DNA from: Bugula neritina
Taxonomy: Eukaryota; Animalia; Bryozoa
Assembly: GCA_964035545.1 (NCBI GenBank)
Contig: CAXIUT010000300.1
Coordinates: 1-12,828, forward strand
Direction of reading: 5' to 3'
Length of the DNA: 12,828 nucleotides
Positions within the stretch are counted from its first letter, which is position 1. Each line of letters opens with the position of its first letter. Under the pieces are notes generated by a model. It saw nothing but the letters and a program-made list of their open reading frames with translations, did not search any database and was not told the origin of the DNA. The position numbers and the translations under genes were made by a program. Below are positions 1 to 8,629 of this stretch, piece after piece.

Positions 1-81
1 CCCAACCCCAACCCCAACCCCAACCCCAACCCCAACCCCAACCCCAACCCCAACCCCAACCCCAACCCCAACCCCAACCCC
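1..81 (+). repeat. Left telomere, (CCCCAA)n
   Basis: Uninterrupted C4A2 tandem repeat from base 1, in the C-rich orientation expected at a 5' chromosome end; same repeat as Tetrahymena telomeres. Confidence 0.98.
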
Positions 82-269
82 CTTCATTTTATGATTTAAA
101 TAGTTAATTTTCTTTAATATTAGATACTAAATTTCATAAAATATGATAAAATTAAACATTAAGAAACTTATTCAATGAAAATAGATCTTAGAATATATCA
201 AATCGTTTTATATCTTTTAAAAAATAGAATATATCAAGAGTTATGAAAAAATAATGTTTCAAATATTAA

Positions 270-1154
270 TCAAGGATAGAGTTATTTCTATCTTTTTGCA
301 CTTTTCTTTTTCTACTAAATTCTTTCATATTTTCTTTTCATCCTACTGACATAATCACGTATAATATCTCCAACCTAGAACTAACTTTTGTTGTCTTAAG
401 TCATTGCTTCTCTCACTCCCAAAGGATGATTAATTCTAGATTTTTTCCTTTTTTTCTGACTAATCTAAATGTCTTTCAAGTGATTTTTAACATCTAAATC
501 GTAGTGAGTTATTTAGCTTGTAGGTAGATAGTGACTATGAGATCTATTTTTTATGGGTAGATAATTCGATGGAAGAAGTTCTTCTATTTTTTTATTTTTT
601 ACTATTGACTTTTTATCTCGATTTTTTGGTTTTAAAGAACTGATTATGTTTCTGTTGGGAGGAAATTTCGATCCCTTTATTTGTCTTGGACTTTCTTCTT
701 TCTTGTCCATGATAGCTCCCATAGTTTGAATTTATTCATCAATCATATTATCTTTTCTTGGATACTTTTAAACCCAAAGAGTTGATTTTTTCTTATTTAC
801 TTTTTATTATTCTTTTTATTCATTATTTATTTTTTATTATGGTGTTTGAGGGTCTTCTTCATGATTTTAGGAAGTTATTTTTTTTTATGTCATCATATTT
901 TATTGATGAACAACCATGAATTTGACAAGTTAGTTTATAGATAAAGATGTTTTTGGATCTAGATATTTACTATTTTCCATTGATTTCAATTGACTATGAA
1001 TTTTCAAGACCAAAGCGATGAACTTTTATTCGTCTGCTTCTTCATTTTTATAAAACTTGATGATTCTTTTTTGCAGAATATAGAGAAGTGAGTCAATGCA
1101 TTGATCATAGCACTATTCTTGCGATCGAGTTGCAAATCCTGAATATATCGACAT
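270..1154 (-). CDS. Hypothetical protein, 294 aa, intronless (UAR=Glu)
   Basis: ATG at 1154, open to TGA at 270-272 when TAA/TAG are read as Glu (885 nt). Begins MSIYSGFATRSQEECYDQCIDSLLYILQKRIIKFYK, followed by a K/E-rich low-complexity region. Contains the track ORF 513..722 in frame. Confidence 0.85.
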
Positions 1155-1193
1155 AACTATTAAATTATAAATGAGCTATAAGTTTATAGATGA

Positions 1194-2058
1194 TCAAAAC
1201 ATGCAGCTCTCATAAGTGGGAATCATATACTTGATATTGATATATGCGTCTTCTCCTCCATGTTTCTCCAATATCTATAGAGTTTATTGAATCAAATCAG
1301 ACAAATTTTCATTCTTTCTTTGTCCATAGTCGATCTTATCCCCAATGTTTACTATATTTATCTAAATTTGTACATCTCTTGTTTTTGAACATGTTGAAGA
1401 CTGGTAGGATCTGTCTGTAGTAAGGAACTAAAGCCTAGCCAATCATCTCACCTGCCAATACTAGTCTTTGAATCTTTTTCAAAGTAGAACACATAATATC
1501 ATGACTTTTTGTGGAAAGAGCTTCTAAAGTTATGGATTATTTACTTTTGATAGGAATGATGAGCTGAGGTAAAACTGGAAGTAGTTTATTTGGACTCTTC
1601 TCAATGAGTTCATCGATTCCTTGACAGGCTAAAAATTTATAGGGATCTTGAGTTTCTCTGAGTCCTTCAAAGAAAATGGGAAGGTGCAAGTGATAGTCGA
1701 GATGTTCTGGTTCCATTTTCCAAGTTAACTAAATAAATTTAGATTTACTTTTCTGATAGCTCCTTGGAAACTTACTCCTACAGGTAAATCACCTCTGTCA
1801 TAGTACTTTTTAAAGAGAGTTGTTTCTCCTAGTTTTCTACTTTATTGATATTATACGAATCGTTTGCGAATATATTTGATTTGGGTGCTTTGGGGACAGA
1901 TTGATGTTTTTTGGGGGCAAGAGATGAACTATCTAAATAGATTGGGAATTACTTCCTCCACTTCCTGTAAATTTGCTATTGATATTCATCAAGTTGGAGA
2001 GTTCTTTTGTTTTTTTATGTTCAGGAGAGTAGGCTCTTTTCTTTGCAGGGTATAACAT
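1194..2058 (-). CDS. PACRG: Parkin co-regulated protein (axonemal inner-junction protein), 253 aa, 5 introns
   Basis: Spliced translation gives FKKYYDRGDLP, LDYHLHLPIFFEGLRE, LLPVLPQLIIPIKKAL, GEALVPYYRQILP and [34 protein letters not shown], the characteristic PACRG motifs. Introns at 1933-1952, 1837-1856, 1729-1748, 1524-1544 and 1352-1373. Confidence 0.96.
1352..1373 (-). other. Spliceosomal intron, 22 nt (PACRG intron 5)
   Basis: gtacaaatttagataaatatag; removal restores KNKRLNIGDKIDY. Confidence 0.9.
1524..1544 (-). other. Spliceosomal intron, 21 nt (PACRG intron 4)
   Basis: gtaaataatccataactttag; removal restores the conserved IIPIKKAL spacing. It is a multiple of 3, so support comes from homology rather than reading frame. 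Confidence 0.8.
1729..1748 (-). other. Spliceosomal intron, 20 nt (PACRG intron 3)
   Basis: gtaaatctaaatttatttag; removal restores GAIRKLTWKME. Confidence 0.92.
1837..1856 (-). other. Spliceosomal intron, 20 nt (PACRG intron 2)
   Basis: gtataatatcaataaagtag; needed to join the N-terminal exon to the ETTLFKKYY frame. Confidence 0.8.
1933..1952 (-). other. Spliceosomal intron, 20 nt (PACRG intron 1)
   Basis: gtaattcccaatctatttag; matches the GTA...ATTTAG pattern and length of the other introns and restores frame together with intron 2. Confidence 0.8.
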
Positions 2059-2256
2059 TTCAGTTTCAATATAAATATTAAAATTATTGCTTCTTTTATT
2101 ATCTTAAATTGAAATTTGAACTTATTATCATGATTGTATGTTTCTAATATTTTTTTGTTAAAAATTATTTAAAAAGAACTTCAATATCTTTTTATTGTTA
2201 ATAAATATAGAGTTGTTATTTAAGTTCTTGATAAAATAAAATATATCTATAATTTG

Positions 2257-3548
2257 ATGCAAAAGAATAAAGAAAATTTCCAAAGCGAACCTAAAGGAGA
2301 TCGCTTCATTCCCAACTAAATTAGGTCCTGCGCCTTCCAGGTTGAGTACAATCGACCAACCCGATAAACTTCCGGGTCAAACTACGAAGAACTTCTTGGA
2401 AAAGGAATCCTCGATGAGATTGATCTCCTATCCAATCACAAAATAATGTCATTCAGTAACAAACCTCATCAAGATGCCACAAAAACTCTAAACAAACCTG
2501 ATATCACTAAAACTTTTAAGAAAATCGAACCATTTGGAGAGAAAAAAGTTCGCAAGATTAGTAAAAAACCTTACAAAATTTTGTAGGCTCCTAACCTACA
2601 AGATGATTTTTATCTTAACCTCTTAGATTGGTCTGATAACAATCAAATAGCTGTTGCTCTTGACTCATCTCTATACATATGGTCAGGTTGTTCTTCTGAT
2701 GTGAGTAGACTTTACTAAACTAATCAGATTAATGACTATATCTGTTCAGTATCATTTTGTGATGATAATAAGTTAGCATTTGGTAATAGCAATGGGCAAA
2801 TCAAAATTTATGATATTTGTAAAAAAAAAAAAATTAGTAGTTTTGAAGGTCATTATGGAAGAGTAGGAAGTCTTGATTGGTCGAGTGGACTTCTGGCTAG
2901 TGGTTCTCGAGATGGATTTGTTGCTACTTGGGATCTTAGATCAGGAATGATCAATAGATATAGAGCTCATACTCAGTAAATTTGTGGTTTAAAATGGAGT
3001 CCTGAAGGTAACTATATCGCTTCTGGAGGAAATGACAATAAATTAGTTGTATATTCTAGTAAAGGTAACAATGAATTGGTTAAATTTCATGAGCATAAAG
3101 CAGCAGTTAAGGCTATTGGTTGGTGTCCAAGTAATCCATCAACATTGGCCTCTGGAGGAGGAACTGCAGATAGACATATTCGTTTCTTCTCTACTCAATC
3201 TTGCTAACAGAATTATAGCATAGATACAGGTATTTATCAATTTATTTAGGATCTCAAATATGCAATTTAGTTTTTTCAAAGATATCCAACGAAATGATAA
3301 CTACTCATGGGTATAGTTTGAATCAGATCAACCTATGGAATACTAATAGTAACTGGGAACAGAAGTCTGTGAATAAAGTAGCAACTCTTACAGGGCATAC
3401 TTACAGAGTTTTATATCTTGCTATGAGTCCTTCAGGAGAATCTATTTTGACTGGAGCTGGAGATGAAACTTTAAGGTTCTGGAATGTATTTGATAGTTCT
3501 CAATACAAGAAGCATGAAACCTTATCTTTCCAAATGGACTTAAGATGA
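2257..3548 (+). CDS. FZR1: Fizzy-family APC/C coactivator (Cdh1/FZR1-like or CDC20), WD40 propeller, 423 aa, 1 intron
   Basis: C-box-like GDRFIPN, KIMSF, RKISKKPYKILEAPNLQDDFYLNLLDWS, HTQEICGLKWS, SGGNDN, HKAAVKAIGWCP, SGGGTADRHIRF, DTGSQIC, GHTYRVLYLAMSP, GAGDETLRFWNVF, C-terminal DLR*. Family assignment is firm; Cdh1 versus Cdc20 is less so. Confidence 0.93.
3230..3249 (+). other. Spliceosomal intron, 20 nt
   Basis: gtatttatcaatttatttag; removal restores the conserved IDTGSQIC. Confidence 0.93.
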
Positions 3549-3675
3549 GTATTTTTCAAACTTGATATCTATATTTATTGTTATTAAGATTTTCTTTGAA
3601 GTATTGTGAATATTGAATTCTAATATATTTATTTTTTTGATTTAATTATATTAAATATTTCATCATAAATCTTAT

Positions 3676-4298
3676 ATGGGTAGAGTAAGAACAAAAACAG
3701 TCAAAAGAGCAGCTAAGATCCTCCTTGAAAAGCACTATCAAAAGCTCACTAACGATTTCCACATCAATAAGAAAATCCTTTCTGAAGTTGCTAAGGTTCC
3801 AACCAAGAGTCTAAGAAATAAAATTGCTGGCTTTGCTACTCATCTTGTTAAACGTATTCAAAAAGGTCCAGTCAAAGGAATCTCACTAAAAGTTCAAGAA
3901 GAAGAAAGATAGAGAAGATTGGACTGGGTTCCTAAAGAATCTGAAATTAACATCGAAAAGGTATTGAATTCACTATTTAGGTTACTGTTGATTCTGAAAC
4001 CAATGAAATGATTAAGAGAAGAATGGGTGAAGACTTTGCTGCTAAGCTTATGTCAAATCTTTAGATCAAGGCTGCTGAAGTAGTTAAGAAAGATGCTAGA
4101 GGAGGAAGAAGAAAACCTAGAGAAAACAGAGAAAACAGAGAAGGAAGAGGAGAAAGAGGAGAACGCAAACCAAGAGAACCAAAAGAAGAAAAGAAAGAAG
4201 GAAAAGCTGAATAAGCTCCAAAAGAAGAAAAAGTTGAAGAAAAGAACGCTCCTAAACGTGAAGGAAGAAGAAGAGGAGGTCGCTAGGGTCAAGAATGA
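3676..4298 (+). CDS. RPS17: 40S ribosomal protein S17 (eS17) with C-terminal extension, 200 aa, 1 intron
   Basis: [14 protein letters not shown]...[32 protein letters not shown](TAG=E)[10 protein letters not shown]; intron 3961-3980; continues [12 protein letters not shown] to TGA at 4296-4298. Confidence 0.97.
3961..3980 (+). other. Spliceosomal intron, 20 nt
   Basis: gtattgaattcactatttag; removal gives [13 protein letters not shown], resembling the eS17 segment VDxETxEM. Confidence 0.92.
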
Positions 4299-4423
4299 TT
4301 CATTATTTTATACCAATGTTTAAAATAACATTATTCTTATAGGTTCTAATAACATAAAGTAAATTTCTTAGAAATATATATCTCAAATATATTCAAAAGT
4401 AAACAGGAAAACGTTATCAACGA

Positions 4424-4903
4424 TCATCTTAATCTTTTGGGAGTAAATACAGATTTTAGAAGAATATTTTGTTTTTTGATTTTTTATGATAAACTATCTT
4501 TTACTCTATTGTTTTATTTTTGTTTTTATTTAATGTTTTTTAGTTAAAATTGATGAAGTATTCCTTTGATTCTCGAGTTTTCTTTTTTGATGTCTTGACA
4601 AACAAAATCAAGTTCATTGGTGAGCATAGATTGGCAGTTTTTATGAAAAGATTGGGAAGATTTTGATCCTGTATTTCCCAAAGTTGATGGATTATCAGAA
4701 GAAATAGTTGAAATGATAAGCTAGTTATTTTTATTATAATTGATATTTTCTTATTGATGGGTGCCTCCTTCTGTCATAAGTTTTTTTACTCTTCTTCTTT
4801 TAACTTTCTTCTTTTGTTTTTCTAAGAATGAAAAGGTTATTTTGATATCAGATATATGTTTTTGTTTATTTTTTTCTACGTTATTTGATACCTTCCATTC
4901 CAT
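4424..4903 (-). CDS. Hypothetical basic protein, 159 aa
   Basis: ATG 4903 to TGA 4424-4426, open for 160 codons under UAR=Glu (MEWKVSNNVEKNKQKHISDIKITFSFLEKQKKKVKRRRVKK...VFTPKRLR*). Fills the gap between flanking genes; no recognisable domain. Confidence 0.7.
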
Positions 4904-5047
4904 TTATATTCTATATGAAGTTTTCAAAATTAAATCACTGATTAAACCATAATTGAACCCAATAATAAGTAAATTATTCTTGAAAATTAGGGTCAATATC
5001 AGTTTTATTTCTAGAAATAGCAATAATCGATAATAAATTTGTATTAA

Positions 5048-5536
5048 ATGTAAGCTCTAGCATCATACTTAAGACCTCGTAATCAAGGTTCGTTTGATTA
5101 GTAGTTATCTCTTCCTAAAATACCTGAAGTAGTTCATAATCAGTTGAATAAGACTTCTGTTCGAATGAAAAAAGTAAAACAACCGGTTAAGTATGTATCT
5201 GAAACTTCTTTCAGCCCTGAAGAATAACGAATTCATGAACAAGTTAAAATGGTACTACAGAAGCGAGAGAGAAGTCAAGATTAGAATTAAAGAATTATTG
5301 AATTATTGAAGGGAAGATAGTTGATCAAATAAAAAAAAATACTACCTAAAATAAAATAAAATCGAAGCACAGTATAAAAAAGATAGAGTACTAGTCCTAA
5401 AATAATGGGAAATATTTCATCAAGGACAAAAAGTAAGAGTATGAATGTGAAAGTAAGTTTAGATAATATTTTTAAAGATCAAAGTCAGTTTGTTAAAAAT
5501 TATTTTGCTGATATTAGTGGAAAACCTAAAAGATGA
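5048..5536 (+). CDS. Hypothetical protein, 162 aa
   Basis: ATG TAA(=Glu) start at 5048, open to TGA 5534-5536: MEALASYLRPRNQGSFDEELSLPKIPE...FVKNYFADISGKPKR*. No recognisable domain. Confidence 0.72.
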
Positions 5537-5727
5537 AATACAACTAATTCTAATACTTTTTTCTTGATTTATTCACTTCTTATGCCATATCTTATTTCTT
5601 TTCTTTTTCTTTAGCAATATCAAAAAACCATATTAGTTTAATATCAATATCACACAGATAGATAAATCATTAATACTGATGAACTATTATTACAAATCAA
5701 TTATTATTTGATATTATTTTATCAAAA

Positions 5728-8564
5728 ATGAATCTTGCTAAGTACATTTCTTTGTTGTTACTTTTATCCTTGCTCCAAGGATTAGGCATCAGAAAGGATC
5801 AACCCTGCCCATCTATAATAGGTTGTTAAATCTGTAACAATCCTGACTCAGGGTAGTGCGATGTCTGTAGTGAGGATCGTAATTTCTAGAAGTAGCCTGA
5901 TTCTAAAAAACAATGCCAGTGTATTGAGAATAACTGGTTGAATCAGAATATGAGTTTTTGTGATGTTTGTGAGAAGTTGATTCCTCAATGTTAGAGTTGT
6001 AGTTCAAAAGATGATCGATCAACATTCTGTTCGAGTTGTTCTGAAGGATATTTTTGGAATAATACTTTATGTGTTCCTTGCAAGTATAGCAATCCTCACT
6101 GTTTGAAGTGTACTACTGATGGCAAGGATTGCACATAATGCTAAAATGGAACATATCTTGATACAGGTATTTGTCTATCTTGTGGTACGAATTGCAGACA
6201 TTGCAAAAATAGTTCAAAATGTTAAGAATGCGAAGATGGTTCTTTCTTGAATACGACCTCTTCAATTTGTATATCTTGCAATGTTAGCAATTGTAAAACT
6301 TGTACTAAAAGCAATGCATGTGATAAATGCAAAGATGGATTTTATGTAAAAACTAGTGGAACAGTCAGAACAGTCTATAGCTGTCAGGCTTGTATGGCTA
6401 ATTGTTAATCATGTAAGGATAATTCAACTTGCGATAGATGTAAAAATAATTATTTTTTGAACTCTTCTAAAAAATGTGATAGTTGCACCTCGCTACCCAA
6501 CTGTTCCTAATGCTCATCGAATGGAACCTGTACCAAATGCATCAGTGAATAATTTTACACAAGTTAAGGAAAATGTCTTAGTTGTAATAATAATGGCAGT
6601 CATTGTAAAACTTGTAGCACTCCTAACTACTGTTTTACTTGTATAACCAATGAGTACTACCTCAGTAGTGATAATAAATGTGTTAGTTGTGCTTCTTTTA
6701 ACTAAGGTTGCAAAACATGTCAGGAATATCAGTATTGCTTATCATGTACTGATGATAGTTACTTCTTGAGTGAGGAATTACATGTCTGTGCCCCCTGTCG
6801 AGTATGGCTTAACTTCTGCACCAACTGCAAAGACAAATCTACTTGTACCACTTGCTAATCTAAATACTATATCCATGAGGGTTCTTGTCTATCTTGTTCT
6901 TCTCTGTTTGAAGGATGTTCGACTTGCAGTCCTGATTCTTGCGACACTTGTCAAGATGGATACTACTTGAGTTCAGGATAGTGCAAGTTCTGCAGTACTA
7001 AATTTAGTAATTGTGAGAGTTGCACATAATCAACATGCGACAGATGTCTTCCCTATTTCTTTATGGAATAACCCAGTGTATGTTCATCTTGCAACATCCA
7101 TCACTAGCAGTGCAAATCATGCACAAAGGAGCAATGTTTCGAATGCGATCCTCAATTTTTTGTTAAATAAAACTAGTGTTAGAACTGCACTAAATACATG
7201 TAAAATTGCTACAGTTGCCAAGACGTGGACAGATGTATCAAGTGCATAACAGATGAGTACTTTGTCTAGAACTAAACTTGTCTTAATTGCAGTTCATTTG
7301 ATCCCAAGTGTCGTACTTGCGATGGTCGTGATTACTGCACTTCTTGTTTCCAGAACACTTCGTATGCTCATAAAGGAAAATGTATTGATTGTTCTCATTT
7401 TGATTCTAATTGCAAATACTGTGACTAAAAATAAACTTGCACTGGGTGTGTCAGTCAGTAGTATCTGATCTAGAATGGTGCTTGTATTCTTTGTGGAAGT
7501 AAAATATAAAATTGTAGATTATGTGATTCCTACAACTGTTTGTAGTGTACTAACAATAGTTACTATGTAGATAGTGGCAAATGTCCTTCTTGTTCTAGTT
7601 TTGACTAGTTTTGTTAGATCTGTTCGAGCAAAGATGCATGTGTATCTTGTGTGGCTGATAAATCTTTCTTATCTGATAAAAAATGTATTCCATGCACTAT
7701 TATTTAAGATTGTATCACATGCAAAGACAATCATACATGTACTAGTTGTATTTCGAAATGGTATTATCTTGAATAAGGTTCTTGTCATCTTTGTTCTGAT
7801 GTGTTGCCTTATTGCCTCGAATGCAAAAACAAAAATCTTTGTCTTTAGTGCAATGAAGTCAGTTTACTGATCAATGGTTCATGTAGTCTTTGCAGTGATT
7901 TGCTTCCTAACTGTAGAACTTGTGATAGTAAATAGTGTAAGGATTGCAAACCTTCATACTTTTTGGATAAAGGAGCATGTTCATCTTGCCAAGTAGTCGA
8001 TGCCCAGTGCAGTGATTGTGATGGCAAATCTTGTTTTAAATGTAATAATGGTTTTTATCTGAATTCTAATAAAAAATGTTCAAAATGTATGGACAACTGT
8101 GCAGTATGTATCTCTAAAACTAATTGCACATTATGCAATACTAATTCTTATTATGAAAATAAAACTAACTAATGTATTGAATGTTCAACTAAAATAAGTT
8201 ATTGTTAGAAATGTAAATCATCTACCTAGTGTGTTAGTTGTTCAAAAAAAGCTATTTTGGTTTAAGATTTAACTTGTAGATTATGTAGTAGTTTGATTTA
8301 AGGATGTACTATTTGCAGTGATGCTTCAACTTGTCAATAATGTTAGGCTAATTGGGCACTAGATAATGGAAAATGTTCAGAACATTCATCGTCAACTGTC
8401 ATCATCATAGTCTGTGTGGTTGCTGGAATAGTAGCGATAGCAAGTGTGGGTACTAATTATCTTATTTAGCATATTTCGTTATGAAGAGAGGTAAAAAGGG
8501 AGATCGACCGCATAAATCAACTACTTTGCTTTCAGAAGAAGCCAATGCGCCTATAGCAGAATGA
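5728..8564 (+). CDS. Cysteine-rich (CXXC / furin-like repeat) type I membrane surface protein, 938 aa, 1 intron
   Basis: Signal peptide MNLAKYISLLLLLSLLQG; about 870 aa of CxxC repeats with aromatic-rich linkers; hydrophobic segment VIIIVCVVAGIVAIASVAYFVM followed by KRGKK; short tail to TGA 8562-8564. In frame with track ORF 7963..8172. Confidence 0.92.
8450..8469 (+). other. Spliceosomal intron, 20 nt
   Basis: gtactaattatcttatttag; removal completes the TM helix and basic stop-transfer segment. Confidence 0.88.
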
Positions 8565-8629
8565 TCTCATCTATTCAATAACAATAATTATATTTATATT
8601 CTTTTAAAGAGATATATAAAACACTAATA

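Noticed and set aside
82-120. Conserved chromosome-breakage motif at a fixed distance from both telomeres
   Set aside because: The two ends share only a TGAT at different offsets; not supportable from two AT-rich ends.
1864-2055. Track ORF 1864..2055 (+)
   Set aside because: Antisense shadow of the PACRG 5' exons.
4053-4323. Track ORFs 4053..4292 (-) and 4093..4323 (+)
   Set aside because: Antisense and off-frame readings of the purine-rich RPS17 tail.
4761-4952. Track ORF 4761..4952 (+), apparently hydrophobic
   Set aside because: Antisense to the Lys-rich gene at 4424-4903; the Phe/Leu richness is a complement artefact.
6770-8027. Track ORFs 6770..6970, 7013..7249, 7253..7468, 7574..7870 (+) and 7845..8027 (-)
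   Set aside because: Alternative-frame or antisense readings within the Cys-rich gene.
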